64,000 nt of DNA, from NCBI GenBank assembly GCA_031291445.1, contig JARLJA010000004.1, forward strand, positions 2,754 to 66,753, given 5' to 3'. The notes under the pieces are model-generated. The model was not told the DNA's origin. It did no database searches and was given only the letters and a program-made list of their open reading frames with translations. Positions 18,093 to 28,894 of the stretch are shown here, piece after piece (the first letter of the stretch is position 1; each line of letters starts with the position of its first letter). The DNA is from Xanthobacteraceae bacterium. GTDB taxonomy: Bacteria > Pseudomonadota > Alphaproteobacteria > Rhizobiales > Xanthobacteraceae. The position numbers and the translations under genes were made by a program.

Positions 18093-18334
18093 CGTGGCTC
18101 CTGTTCGGCATCAGGCAGGGCAACGCCACCGCCCATACTACTAATGTGAGTAATGTCGGGACGGGACATGCATAGGGCAATAGGTTCAATTGCGCAAATC
18201 TGCCGTGGCATTGTGACGAACAGATCACCGTGATTGCAGTGGACCGCACTGATCCACCGCCAATGCGGTTCCACGTGGCGCGGGACGTGCTAACAATCCA
18301 ACGCAGAAGAATAGTTCACCAGGGGGGCATTGAG

Positions 18335-18724
18335 ATGAGTTATCATTATACGGAAGCCGCGACCCTGCTCGCGCTGCTGGTCTACGCGGGCGTCACGTGC
18401 AACGCGGCCATGGCCCGCGCTCGCTACAAGGTGAAGGCGCCGGCGGTCACCGGCGACGAAAACTTCGAGCGGGCCTACCGGGTTCAGATGAACACCCTGG
18501 AGCAGCTCGCGCTTTTTCTGCCCTCGATGTGGCTCTACGCCATCACGCTCACCGATGTCGGCGCCGCCGTCGGCGGCCTGATCTGGGTCATCGGCCGGCT
18601 GATCTATGCATTCAGCTACATCAGGGACCCGGCGTCACGCAGCGCCGGCTTCGGCATCGCCTTCGTCGCCGCCGTCGGATTGTTTCTCGGCGCCGCCTAC
18701 GGGGTGATCCGGGCGATGATCTAA
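18335..18724 (+). CDS. MAPEG family membrane protein
   Basis: FERAYRVQMNTLEQL, GRLIYAFSY. Confidence 0.88.
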   Translation: MSYHYTEAATLLALLVYAGVTCNAAMARARYKVKAPAVTGDENFERAYRVQMNTLEQLALFLPSMWLYAITLTDVGAAVGGLIWVIGRLIYAFSYIRDPASRSAGFGIAFVAAVGLFLGAAYGVIRAMI

Positions 18725-18857
18725 GCGCGGGAGAACCGCGCCGGCCTGCGAACCGAACCGGGGGGACGACCGGCATGCCGGCTCCGCCGGGACCGCACTT
18801 GACATTCGCCCGGGCACGGAACCAATTGCAAAAAAACACCAATCTGGAGAACGCCCG

Positions 18858-20027
18858 ATGCGAAGCCCGGTCCTCAACGTGCCTACCCCCGCCTATCTCG
18901 CCGACGAGGAGTTCGGGCTGTTCACGACCTCCGTGCGCCGCTTTCTCGACAGCCACACGCCGCGGGCCAAGCTCGATCAGTGGCGCAAGGACGGCGTCGT
19001 CGAACGCGAACTGTGGACCCGCGCCGGCGAGGCTGGGCTGCTCGGCCTGTCGACCAGCGCGGACTACGGCGGGGGCGGCGGCGACTTCCGCCACGAGGTG
19101 GTCCTGATCGAAGAGACCACCAAGCGCGGCCTCGACGGCTGGGGCGTCTCGCTGCACAACGGCATCGTCATGCCCTACATCGAGAGCTACTGCTCGGAAG
19201 ACCAGAAGAAGCGCTGGCTGCCCAAGCTCTCCAGCGGCGAATACGTCGCCGCCATCGCCATGACCGAGCCCGGCGCCGGGTCCGACCTTCAGGGCGTCAA
19301 GACCACGGCGCTGCGCCAGGGCAACCAGTACACCATCAACGGCGCCAAGACCTTCATCACCAACGGCCAGACCGCCAACTTCGTGGTCGTGGTGACCAAG
19401 ACCGATCCCAAGCAGGGCGCGAAGGGCACCTCGCTGATCGTGGTGGAAACCGAAGGCGCCGAAGGGTTCGCCCGCGGCCGCAATCTCGACAAGGTGGGAC
19501 TGGAGTCCGCCGACACCTCGGAGCTGTTCTTCAACGATGTCCGGGTGCCGACCGCCAACCTGATCGGGCCCGAGGAAGGCCGCGGCTTCTATCAGCTGAT
19601 GGAGAAGCTGCCGCAGGAACGGCTGATCATCGCGGTGCAGGCCATGGCGATGATCGAGCGCGCGCTCGAAGTCACGATCGACTACGTCAAGCAGCGCAAG
19701 GCGTTCGGCCGCGCGGTGTTCGACAACCAGACGGTCCAGTTCAAGCTCGCCGAATGCAAGACCCGCGCGACGGTGGCGCGCGTCTTCGTCGATCACTGCG
19801 TCGGCCAGCACCTCGAGGGCAAGCTCGACGCCGCGACCGCCTCGATGGCGAAGTACTGGCTGACCGACCTGCAGGGCGAGATCATCGACGAGTGCCTGCA
19901 GCTCCATGGCGGCTACGGCTACATGGACGAGTACGAGATCGCGCGCATGTACAAGGATGCGCGGGTGTCGCGCATCTACGGCGGCACGAATGAGATCATG
20001 AAGGTGCTGATCTCGCGCACCATCTAG
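18858..20027 (+). CDS. Acyl-CoA dehydrogenase
   Basis: IAMTEPGAGSDL, NGAKTFITNG, RKAFG, QLHGGYGY, IYGGTNEIM. Confidence 0.93.
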   Translation: MRSPVLNVPTPAYLADEEFGLFTTSVRRFLDSHTPRAKLDQWRKDGVVERELWTRAGEAGLLGLSTSADYGGGGGDFRHEVVLIEETTKRGLDGWGVSLHNGIVMPYIESYCSEDQKKRWLPKLSSGEYVAAIAMTEPGAGSDLQGVKTTALRQGNQYTINGAKTFITNGQTANFVVVVTKTDPKQGAKGTSLIVVETEGAEGFARGRNLDKVGLESADTSELFFNDVRVPTANLIGPEEGRGFYQLMEKLPQERLIIAVQAMAMIERALEVTIDYVKQRKAFGRAVFDNQTVQFKLAECKTRATVARVFVDHCVGQHLEGKLDAATASMAKYWLTDLQGEIIDECLQLHGGYGYMDEYEIARMYKDARVSRIYGGTNEIMKVLISRTI

Positions 20028-20088
20028 CATCGCCGCCGAGGACCGGGCGGCTGAGCGCCGCGCGCGGAGGCGCGTCCCCGGCCAGCGG

Positions 20089-21441
20089 CTACGGCCGTCG
20101 GCGTCCGGACATCTCGAACAGCGCGCCGGGACGGTTGTCCTCGAAGCGTAGGTCGAAGTCGTGGAGATTGGCGATGGCCGCGGCGATGCTGAGCCCCAGC
20201 CCGCTGCCGGGAACGCGATGCCCGCTCGCGGTGCGATAGAAGCGCTGGAAGATCTTGTCCCGCTCCGCCGGCTCGACGCCGATGCCGTTGTCGCTGACCC
20301 GGATGACGGGCCGGCCGTCCTCCTGGGTCACCGATACCCGCACCGTGCCGTTCTCGGGCGTGAACTTGAGCGCATTGCCGATCAGGTTCGAAACCGCCTC
20401 GCGGATCAGGTCGCCGTCGCCCTGGATCTGGACCGGAGACCGGACCTCCAGCGTCATGTTGATCGACTTCGACGTCGCCAGCGGCTCGAAGAATTCGAAC
20501 AGGTCGGCGCAGATCGCCGACAGGTCGATGGTCTGGAACTTGCTCGATTTCGGGCCGTATTCGACGTCGGCGAGCCGCAGCAGGGCGGCGACCGTCAGCA
20601 TCGCCTTGTCGATGTGGCCGAGCGCCTGGCGCGCGGCACCGCGCAGCTCGTCGGACTCCGGGCTCTCGAGACCGCGCTCGAGCTGGGCATGCACCACCGC
20701 CAGCGGCGTGCGCAGATCGTGCGCGATGTTGTCACTGACGCCCTTGATCTGCACCAGAAGCCGCATGATCTCGTCGAGCATCAGGTTGACGTCGCGGGAA
20801 ATCGTGTCGATCGCATCCGGCGTGGCGCGCACCGGCAGGCGCAGGTGCATGTCGCCCTTCATGATCTGGGCGATGGTGTCGTGTATGGCGGTCAGCCGCC
20901 GCGACGCGCGGCGCGCGAAAAAGGCGCCGATCGCGAGCGTCAGCAGCAGCATCGGCGCCAGTCCGGTCGCGAGCGCGGTCAGCACGGTGCGGCGAAAGGC
21001 GAAGGTTTCGAGCAGGCTGCGGCCGAGCAGCATGATGCTGCCGTCCGGCCGCGGCCGGGCGACGAAGATCGCCGGCTGGACGCGGTTTTCGCTGCCCGGC
21101 ACGCGGAAGGCAGCGACGAAATGCGATTTGCCGTCGAGGGCGACCGGCGGCAGTTCGTCGATGTTGCCGAACATGACCTTGCCGTCGGCGGCAAACAGCG
21201 CCGCGTAGTCGAGCCGCCGCAGGTCGTGCGTCAGGCGGATCTCGAAGGCGTAGCGCAGCTCGTCGACCGTGTGGTTGACGCTCTTGGCGGCCTCGTCCTC
21301 GAGGATCAGGCGGTTGCTCTTTTCGTCGGCGGCGCGGATCTGCAGATAGACCAGGCCGAAGATCGCCGTGGTCGCCACGATGGTCGCGACGCCGACCGCA
21401 AGCGCGACGCGGACGGCGGAGGATCGCAGGAATTCAAGCAT
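20089..21441 (-). CDS. Sensor histidine kinase (HAMP-HisKA-HATPase)
   Basis: IAHDLRTPL H-box, NLIGNALKF, DNGIGV, GSGLGL. Confidence 0.92.
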   Translation of the reverse strand: MLEFLRSSAVRVALAVGVATIVATTAIFGLVYLQIRAADEKSNRLILEDEAAKSVNHTVDELRYAFEIRLTHDLRRLDYAALFAADGKVMFGNIDELPPVALDGKSHFVAAFRVPGSENRVQPAIFVARPRPDGSIMLLGRSLLETFAFRRTVLTALATGLAPMLLLTLAIGAFFARRASRRLTAIHDTIAQIMKGDMHLRLPVRATPDAIDTISRDVNLMLDEIMRLLVQIKGVSDNIAHDLRTPLAVVHAQLERGLESPESDELRGAARQALGHIDKAMLTVAALLRLADVEYGPKSSKFQTIDLSAICADLFEFFEPLATSKSINMTLEVRSPVQIQGDGDLIREAVSNLIGNALKFTPENGTVRVSVTQEDGRPVIRVSDNGIGVEPAERDKIFQRFYRTASGHRVPGSGLGLSIAAAIANLHDFDLRFEDNRPGALFEMSGRRRP

Positions 21442-22135
21442 CGTCGTCCAGCATGAAGCCGGCGCCCCGGATGTTCACGATCAGCGACGACGGCGCGCCG
21501 CGCGGATCGATCTTCTTGCGCAGATTGCTGATGTGAACGTCGACGACGTTGGTTTCCAGCGAGAAGTGGTACTGCCAGACGTCCTCGAGCAGCATCGCCC
21601 GCGTGATCACCTGACCGGGGTGGCGCAGAAAATATTCCAGCAGCTTGAACTCGCGGGGCAGCAGATCGATCCTGGTGTCGCCGCGATGCACGGTGTGCTC
21701 GATCAGGTCCATCTCGAGCTCGCCGACCCGCAGCTTGGTCGTGCGCACGTCGTCGAGCCGGCGCATCAGCGCCTCGACCCGGGCGGCGAGTTCCGCCATC
21801 GCGAACGGCTTGGTGAGGTAGTCGTCGCCTCCGGCCTTGAGGCCGCGGACCCGCTCGTCGATGGAACCAAGCGCAGAGATCACCAGCACCGGGACCTTGA
21901 CGCGCTCCTTGCGGAGGACTTCCAGCGTCTTCAGGCTGTCCTCGCCATGGACCATGCGGTCCATGATCAGCATGGCGGCATCGCCGACACGCGCGGCATC
22001 GGCCGCTTCGGCCACCGAGGCGACGCGCACGCGGTGGCCGAGCCGTTCCAGTTCGAGCTTGATCTCGTTGGCCAGATCCTTCTCGTCCTCGACGAGAAGG
22101 ATGGTCTGGCGTGCAATGGAAGTCACTTTCGTCAA
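21434..22135 (-). CDS. OmpR-family response regulator
   Basis: LLVEDE, DRM, DDYLTKPF, NVVDVHISNLRKK, IRGAGF. Confidence 0.92.
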   Translation of the reverse strand: MTKVTSIARQTILLVEDEKDLANEIKLELERLGHRVRVASVAEAADAARVGDAAMLIMDRMVHGEDSLKTLEVLRKERVKVPVLVISALGSIDERVRGLKAGGDDYLTKPFAMAELAARVEALMRRLDDVRTTKLRVGELEMDLIEHTVHRGDTRIDLLPREFKLLEYFLRHPGQVITRAMLLEDVWQYHFSLETNVVDVHISNLRKKIDPRGAPSSLIVNIRGAGFMLDDDA

Positions 22136-22159
22136 CGGCCCGGTTCTTCTTTCGACCCG

Positions 22160-23803
22160 TCAGGGCGTGAGCCCCGGCGGCGGCGGAGGCGGCGGCTGGT
22201 GCGGCGGATCCTGGATCAGATGCTTGACCGCAGCAATCGCCGCAGGATCCGGCCGCCTGACCGGCGGAATGATTTCGTCCGGCGGCCAGCCGCCGCCCAG
22301 AGCCTTATAAAGCGCGACGAGGCTGTCGCCGGCAAGCTGATTCACGTCGGCGCGGCGCTGCTCCAGATCGAATTGCTGGCGCTCGGCGTCCAGCACGTTG
22401 AGGAAGTCGGTCAGGCCGCGGTCGTAGCGTTCGCTCGCCACTTTGGTCGCCTGGCGCGCCGCATCGAGGGCGGCATCCAGGCTGCGCAGGCTCTGCTGGA
22501 AGCCGCGATAGGCGGCGTCCGCGTCGTCGACCTGCCGGACGGCGGCGAGAATGGACTGCTTGTAGGTGGCCGCGAGTTCCTGGGCGCGGTAGTCGGCGAT
22601 CTCGATCCTGGCATCGAGCGCGCCGAAGTCGAGAAGCGGCGCATTGATCGAGGGGCCCGCCGACCCGATCCAGGTAATGGGAATCACCGAGCCCGACCGC
22701 GGGCCCCCCTGGGCGCCGCCGGCCGCCGTGATGACGAGGCTCGGGAAGAGATCGGCGGTGCGGGCTCCGACCACCGCGATCGCCGCTGCCAGCAGACGCT
22801 CGGCTTCGCGGATATCGGGGCGGCGGCGCAGCAGATCAACCGGCAGCCCGACCGGGACCCGAGCCGGCAGCGCGGGCATGGCACCGGGCCGGCGCAGTTC
22901 GCGGGCCAGCGCTTCCGGAAATTCTCCGAGCAGCACCGCGATGGCGTAGCCGCTCGAGGAAATCTGGGCATTCAGCGGCGCAACGCCGGCCTCGAGCGTC
23001 GCGACCTGGCGCTTCGCCAGGGTCACGTCCAGCTCATTGGTCAGGCCCCGATCAAGTCGCGTCTGCGCCAGGTTGAGAACCGACCGCGCCGCCTCGATAT
23101 CGCGGTTCAGGATCTGAAGGCGCTGCTGTCGCGCCCGCAGGTCGATGTAGAGCCGGGCCACATCGGCCGCGACCGTGACATAGACCCAGTCGCGCGCCTC
23201 CTGCAGCGCTTCTGCGGTATAGGCCTGCGCCTCGACCCGGCGGGCGATCTTGCCGAAGATGTCCACCTCCCATTCGGCATCGAGACCGCCGGCCTCGTTG
23301 ATGCTCCTGAGACCGCCATTGTTGGTCGCGGACCGGAGCGCCTGGGACGCCCGCCCCTTGGTTTCGTCGGTCCCGGTGCCGCCGCCGCCGCCGCCGCCAG
23401 CATTGACTTCCGGGAGCGCCTGGCTGCCGATCACCGTCATCTGCAGCCGCGCCTGCTGCAGACGGTCGAGCGCCACCTTGAGATCGAGATTGGCCTCCAG
23501 CGCGCGGGCGATCAGCGCGTTCAACCGCGGATCGCGCAAGATGCGCCACCATTGCGACAGGTCGGCGCGAACGGCCCCGGAAACCGGCGCCCTGCTGTCC
23601 GCCCGGGTCGCGAAAGCACCCGGCAGGACGAGATCCGGTGCCTGATAGTCGGGGCCCATCGCGCAACCGCCCAGCATACCGGAAAGGACGAGGGCGCCCA
23701 CGAAGGCTCGCGTCGACGCGGACCTGGCTCTGCACGATCGGGACACTCTGGAAAGACCTGCTGCAGGACTGATGACAGGACCCATGCGATCCGCTGCCCT
23801 CAT
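22160..23803 (-). CDS. NodT/OprM-family outer-membrane efflux lipoprotein
   Basis: Lipobox LGGC, ANLDLKVA, LLRRRPDIREAE, LYKALGGGW; start codon uncertain. Confidence 0.88.
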   Translation of the reverse strand: MRAADRMGPVISPAAGLSRVSRSCRARSASTRAFVGALVLSGMLGGCAMGPDYQAPDLVLPGAFATRADSRAPVSGAVRADLSQWWRILRDPRLNALIARALEANLDLKVALDRLQQARLQMTVIGSQALPEVNAGGGGGGGTGTDETKGRASQALRSATNNGGLRSINEAGGLDAEWEVDIFGKIARRVEAQAYTAEALQEARDWVYVTVAADVARLYIDLRARQQRLQILNRDIEAARSVLNLAQTRLDRGLTNELDVTLAKRQVATLEAGVAPLNAQISSSGYAIAVLLGEFPEALARELRRPGAMPALPARVPVGLPVDLLRRRPDIREAERLLAAAIAVVGARTADLFPSLVITAAGGAQGGPRSGSVIPITWIGSAGPSINAPLLDFGALDARIEIADYRAQELAATYKQSILAAVRQVDDADAAYRGFQQSLRSLDAALDAARQATKVASERYDRGLTDFLNVLDAERQQFDLEQRRADVNQLAGDSLVALYKALGGGWPPDEIIPPVRRPDPAAIAAVKHLIQDPPHQPPPPPPPGLTP

Positions 23804-25098
23804 CGGGCGATCGCCGTTTTTTCAGCCTTGCCCGAGGCCGGAGCCTGGACCTTGACGGTCTGGCCGGCCCCGATCTGGCTGCTGATATTGAGGACGACCT
23901 GATCGCCTTCCGCAAGCCCCGATTCGATCGCCACCGACGTACCATCGTCATGGGCGATGGTGACCTTGCGGAACTCGACGGCGCTGTACTTGTCCACCAC
24001 CGCGACATACTGGCCATCGGCCCTGAACAGCAGCGCGGCGGCCGGGACCTCAACGTGCGCGCGGCTTCTCAGCTTGAACTCGACTCGCACGTACATTCCG
24101 GGGACCAGCTTGTGGTCCGGGTTGGCCAGATCGATCTCGACCCGCAGGGTCCGCGACCGGGGATCGATGGTGCCGGCGGTTCGCGACACCGTACCCTTGA
24201 TCGGCCCGTCCGTCCGGTCGTTGAAGAACACGTCAGCCTCCACGCCCCGCTCCATCAACTCCAGCGCGGTGTTCTGCGGCGCGCTGACGAAGACGCGCAG
24301 CGGATCGTCCTGCGCCACTCGGTAGAGCCATTTGGTATTGGCGGTGCTGCCGGCAGTCACCAGATCGCCGGTGTTGATCTGGCGCTCCACCACGGCGCCG
24401 TCGAACGGCGCCCTGACCTGCTTGAACTCCGTCAGCGCCGTGAGGCGATCGACGTCGGCCTGCTGCAGGGCGACCTGGGCGTGCGCCGCCGTCAACTCGG
24501 CGTCGGCAGCCGCCTTGGCGGCCTGCTTGTCCTCGCGCTCCTGGTCGGAGACCACGCCCTTGGGCGAATCGCGCCAGCGCTCGTACGACGTCGTGGCGAA
24601 ATTCACCTTGGCCTGGTTGACGGCGACCTGCGCGATGCTGGCGTTGAGCTTGGCCTTCGCTGCGACCAGTTCGGCGTCGAGATCCGGCGTGTAGATCGTC
24701 GCCAGCGTCTGCCCCGCCTTGACCATTTCGCCGATATCGACCTGCCATCTGGCTACGTAACCGTTGACCCGGGCATAGATCGTGGCCTCGTCCCACGCAG
24801 CGGTCGCGCCCGGAAGAACGAGGCTTTCCGCGCCGGAGGCCCGTTTCGCGACCACGGTCTCCACCCGCGGCGGTTCGGCCGCGCTCAGGCGTGTCGCCTC
24901 CGCGAGCCGGGAAGTGGCGACGCTGCGTTGGTAATAGACAAAGAGGAACCCGGCCAGCAGGGCCACCGCCACGATGATTGCGACACGGCCGAGGTTTCGC
25001 CCGGTCCCGCGGGCAAACCGCGTCGCAGGCGTCTGCCCCCCCGCCTCCTCTGGCGGTTCGACATACGGATCAAGAATTTCGTGGGAGGCGTCCATCAC
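23800..25098 (-). CDS. RND periplasmic adaptor (membrane fusion protein)
   Basis: N-terminal TM; ARVNGYV, VRAPFDGAV, LVPGMYV. Confidence 0.9.
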   Translation of the reverse strand: MMDASHEILDPYVEPPEEAGGQTPATRFARGTGRNLGRVAIIVAVALLAGFLFVYYQRSVATSRLAEATRLSAAEPPRVETVVAKRASGAESLVLPGATAAWDEATIYARVNGYVARWQVDIGEMVKAGQTLATIYTPDLDAELVAAKAKLNASIAQVAVNQAKVNFATTSYERWRDSPKGVVSDQEREDKQAAKAAADAELTAAHAQVALQQADVDRLTALTEFKQVRAPFDGAVVERQINTGDLVTAGSTANTKWLYRVAQDDPLRVFVSAPQNTALELMERGVEADVFFNDRTDGPIKGTVSRTAGTIDPRSRTLRVEIDLANPDHKLVPGMYVRVEFKLRSRAHVEVPAAALLFRADGQYVAVVDKYSAVEFRKVTIAHDDGTSVAIESGLAEGDQVVLNISSQIGAGQTVKVQAPASGKAEKTAIAR

Positions 25099-25113
25099 GA
25101 TCGATGCCTGTTG

Positions 25114-28100
25114 TCACGGGGATACGGGCGAATGCTGCTGGGTCGCGGGCGAACGTCCCGGCACCGCGCGGGGTGTCCTGCTCAGCAGCCGATAGACCAC
25201 CGGAACGAAGACGAGGGTCGCGGCGGTCGCGAACAGGAGCCCGCCGATCACGGCGCGCGCCAGCGGCGCATTCTGCTCGCCGCCCTCGCCGACGCCGAAC
25301 GCCATGGGGATCATGCCGAGGATCATCGCGCCGGCGGTCATGAACACCGGCCGGATACGGGTGTAGCCGGCGATGATGGCCGCCATCGGAATGGCATCGC
25401 CCTCGGCCTTGCGCTGGTTGGCGAACGTCACCACCAGGATGCTGTTGGCGGAGGTCAGGCCGATACACATCAGGGACCCCATCAGGGCCGGCACGCTCAG
25501 ATGAGTCCCGGTGAGAAACAGCATCCATATCACGCCGGCGCCGGTGAACGGCACCGCGGAGAGCACGATCAGCGGATCCACCCAGCTCTGGAAATTGATC
25601 ACCAGCGCGAGGTAGACCAGAACCACGGCGAGCGCCATGCCGGAAAACAGTCCGTCATAGCTGTCCCGCATGGTCTCGACCTGCCCGCTGAGGCTGACCG
25701 AAATCGGCGAGCCGACCGGCGGCCGGTCGGCGGCGAGCACCTTGTCGATGGCATCGGCCGCCGACGCCAGATCGCGCCCCTGGACATCGGCATTGACGTC
25801 GAACACCGGGCGGATGTTGAGCTGGGAGGCCACCAGCGGCTCGTTGCGGCGACCGAACTTGGCGATGTTCGTCAGCAGCTGCGTCGGCCTGCCGGGCAGA
25901 TCGGCGGTGACTGGCATGTTCGCCAGGTCGGTGGTCGACCTGAATTGGTATCCCGGCATCTGCACCGCCAGCGGATAGCTGACGTGATTGCGGGGATCGA
26001 CCCAGAAATTGGGCATGGTCTGGGCGCTGGAGTTGGTGGTCACCAGCACGTTTTTGGCAACCTCGTCCTGGCTCAGGCCGAATTCCTGAGCCAGCGTCCT
26101 GTCGATGTCGATGGTCAGGACCGGCGCATCCGGCACTTGGAACACGTGGGAATCGACGACGCCCGGAACTGCGTTCAGGTCGCGCGCGATCTTCTGGGCG
26201 AGCGCGAAGCTCTCGTCCGAATTGGGACCCGACACCCGGATATCGATCGGCGCCGACTGGCCGAAATTCAGCACCTGGTTGACGATGTCGGCGGGCTGGA
26301 AGAAGAACGACAGCGAGGCGAAGCGTTTGGGCAATTCGCGACGCAGGTCCGCGACATGGGCCGCCGTCGGCGTGTGCTTCTCCTTGAGTGAAACCAGGAC
26401 TTCGCCGTCCATGGTCCCGACGGTCGAGGAATCGCTGAGCGCGATGTTGATGCCGCTGTAGGGCAACCCGATGTTGTCGAGCATGACGTCGATCTGGTCG
26501 TCACCGACGATCTCGCGGATCGCTGCTTCCACCTCGGCGAAGTAGCGCTGGGTCTCCTCGAGGCGGCTGGCCGCCGGCGCCCGCACGTGCAGGCGCATCT
26601 GGCCGGCGTCGACCTGCGGGAAGAAATCCTCCCCGAGCATCGGGAACAGGGGCAGCGAGCAGGCCAGAAGGGCGACGAAGAACAGGCTGGTGACGCCGGC
26701 GTGCGCCACGCAGAACGCGACGACGTTGCGGTAGATGTTTCGGAAGACGGCGAAGCCGTGCTCGAAGCCATGGTGAATGGCGCCGAAGACATTGAAGCGC
26801 CGCCGCGACCCTTGCGCTCCGTGGCCCGTGGCCGCACCCGGCGGCGCGGCATGCGCTGCGGCGAGATGCTTCTCGATCGTCGAGCGCATCAGGTAGACGA
26901 ACAGCACCGGCACCAGCGTGAAGGAGAAGGCAAGGCTCGCGATCAGCGAGACGCAGACCGACAGTGAGAGCGGCGAGAACAGGTATTTCGCCGTCCCCTG
27001 GAGCAGGAACACGGGCACGAACACGATGCAGATGCACAGCGTCGACAGCGCGGTCGGCATCGCTACCTCGCCGGCACCGACCACGATCGCCTGCTCGAGC
27101 GGATCGCCCTCCTGGACATGACGCTCGATGTTCTCGATGACGACCGTCGAGTTGTCGACGAGGATGCCGACCGCGAGCGCGAAACCGCCGAGCGTCATGG
27201 TGTTCAGCGTCTGGCCGCCGACATACATCACGAGAACCGCGGTGATGATCGACAGCGGAATCGTCGCCAGGATGACCAGGGTCAGGCGCCAGTTGCCCAG
27301 AAACAGCAGGATCATCAGCGCAGTGAGCGCGGCCGCCATGGCGCCGCCCATCAGCACGCTGTTGAGCGACGCCTTGACGAACACCGACTGGTCGAACAGC
27401 GCCTTGATGTTGACTCCCGGCGGCATCAATCGCTCGATCTCCGGCAGCGCCTCCCGGACGCCGTCGACCACCGCGAGCGTCGAGACGCCGCCGGTCTTGC
27501 GCACCATCATCAGCGCGCCGGGCCGACCGTCGACGGTGACCGCGTTGGTCTGGGTCTGGTAGCCGTCGTGCACATGGGCGACGTCGCGCACGAAGATGGT
27601 GCGCCCGTCGATCTGCTTGACCGGAAACTGGTTGATGGCGGCGATGGTGTCCGGACTGCTGTTCATGGCCAGCATGTAGTCCTTGGCGCCGATCTTGACG
27701 TCGCCGGACGGCAGAATGACGTTCTGCTTCTGGATCGCCGCGGCAAGCTCCGACGACGACAGTCCGCGCGCGCTCAGCGCGGACGGATCGATGTCGACCA
27801 TGATGACGCGCGGCTTGCCGCCATAGGGATAGGGAACTTCGGCGCCGTGCACGACCGCGAGGTCCGGACGGATGATGTTCTGGCCGAGGTCGTTCAGCTT
27901 CGCGTCCGGCAGCGAACTGCTCGAGATGCTGAGCTGGATGATCGGCACGTCGGTCGCGCCGTAGCGCAGCACCAGCGGAGGCGTGATGTTGGGCGGCATG
28001 TATTTGAGGACCACCAGCGCGGAGCTCGCAAGCTGGGAGATCGCCCGGGTCACGTTTGCGCCCTCGTGCAGATAGACCTTTTCGACGCCGACACCGGCAT

Positions 28101-28356
28101 AGCTGGTCGCCTCGATCCGGCTGATGTCGTCGACCAGCGAGGCGAGCTGCCGTTCGTGGAGGGTCAGAATGCGATCGCGGATGTCCTTCGCGCCCATGCC
28201 GGCATAGGTCCAGACCACACTGACCACCGGGATGTCGATTTCCGGAAAGATGTCGACCGGCGTCCGCAGGCCGGCGCCGATGCCCATCAGGCAGATCACG
28301 ATGATCGAGGCGATGATCGTGTACGGACGCTTCAGCGCGAACCCTGCCAATCCCAT
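25114..28356 (-). CDS. RND efflux permease (AcrB/CusA superfamily)
   Basis: 1080 aa; DIFPEIDIP, GILVDNSTVVIENI, RIRPVFMTA, LARAVIGG. Confidence 0.93.
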   Translation of the reverse strand: MGLAGFALKRPYTIIASIIVICLMGIGAGLRTPVDIFPEIDIPVVSVVWTYAGMGAKDIRDRILTLHERQLASLVDDISRIEATSYAGVGVEKVYLHEGANVTRAISQLASSALVVLKYMPPNITPPLVLRYGATDVPIIQLSISSSSLPDAKLNDLGQNIIRPDLAVVHGAEVPYPYGGKPRVIMVDIDPSALSARGLSSSELAAAIQKQNVILPSGDVKIGAKDYMLAMNSSPDTIAAINQFPVKQIDGRTIFVRDVAHVHDGYQTQTNAVTVDGRPGALMMVRKTGGVSTLAVVDGVREALPEIERLMPPGVNIKALFDQSVFVKASLNSVLMGGAMAAALTALMILLFLGNWRLTLVILATIPLSIITAVLVMYVGGQTLNTMTLGGFALAVGILVDNSTVVIENIERHVQEGDPLEQAIVVGAGEVAMPTALSTLCICIVFVPVFLLQGTAKYLFSPLSLSVCVSLIASLAFSFTLVPVLFVYLMRSTIEKHLAAAHAAPPGAATGHGAQGSRRRFNVFGAIHHGFEHGFAVFRNIYRNVVAFCVAHAGVTSLFFVALLACSLPLFPMLGEDFFPQVDAGQMRLHVRAPAASRLEETQRYFAEVEAAIREIVGDDQIDVMLDNIGLPYSGINIALSDSSTVGTMDGEVLVSLKEKHTPTAAHVADLRRELPKRFASLSFFFQPADIVNQVLNFGQSAPIDIRVSGPNSDESFALAQKIARDLNAVPGVVDSHVFQVPDAPVLTIDIDRTLAQEFGLSQDEVAKNVLVTTNSSAQTMPNFWVDPRNHVSYPLAVQMPGYQFRSTTDLANMPVTADLPGRPTQLLTNIAKFGRRNEPLVASQLNIRPVFDVNADVQGRDLASAADAIDKVLAADRPPVGSPISVSLSGQVETMRDSYDGLFSGMALAVVLVYLALVINFQSWVDPLIVLSAVPFTGAGVIWMLFLTGTHLSVPALMGSLMCIGLTSANSILVVTFANQRKAEGDAIPMAAIIAGYTRIRPVFMTAGAMILGMIPMAFGVGEGGEQNAPLARAVIGGLLFATAATLVFVPVVYRLLSRTPRAVPGRSPATQQHSPVSP

Positions 28357-28677
28357 GGACGACGACCTCAGGCTCCAACGTGACGGGGGCCGTGAAAGCC
28401 CGATCTCGGCCGCATCAGTGGCGGCTCACCGGGCCTCCGGCGTCCGCGCAAGCCGTCGTTGGATGTCGATGAAAACTGCAAAGGTATTCGGCGACGCGAT
28501 CGACGCGGACGGCAGCTCGGACCAGACACCTTCATGGAACCACCGCACCCATCTCCTTCCGAGCGAGCGACGAACGCCGAGCAAGCCGGTCGGTTCGACC
28601 AACAAAAACACGCCCGCGGCGAACTCATCGCAGCGGCCCAGTGATCGGGGCGATCATGGTGAGCGCCCCTGGCTGCG

Positions 28678-28699
28678 GCAACTAATATAATTTTTAGCG
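28678..28699. promoter_or_regulatory. Candidate operator, copy 1 (CTAA-N8-TTAG core)
   Basis: gcaactaatataatttttagcg; 20/22 identical to 29234..29255. Confidence 0.6.
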
Positions 28700-28764
28700 G
28701 CGTCCGGGGGTTAGCCGATATCGCGGCGGCGGTGGATCGTGCGAAGCCGTGGCTTGCCGGAACC

Positions 28765-28862
28765 GAAAAGAAATGACCTCCGGCGGGGCTGCGCCGGAGG
28801 TCTCAGGGGGCGTGTCCTCTTGGAGGATCAGGGCGGAAAGTCTTGCGCCTTCCGTCCCTGGT
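28765..28862 (-). ncRNA. Candidate 3'-UTR-derived sRNA / terminator module
   Basis: Minus strand: GCAA-capped hairpin, tcctccaagagga hairpin containing CCUCC, then 11-bp stem gacctccggcg/cgccggaggtc followed by atttctttt. Confidence 0.4.
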
Positions 28863-28894
28863 TCACCGTCACCGGTGTGACCGTGTGGGGTTCG

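Noticed and set aside
21368-23902. 844-aa plus-strand ORF (also 23950..26391 and 26501..28378)
   Set aside because: Antisense or alternative-frame shadows of the efflux and two-component genes.
28426-28611. 61-aa minus-strand ORF upstream of the RND permease
   Set aside because: No RBS, motif or compositional support; lies in the presumed promoter region.
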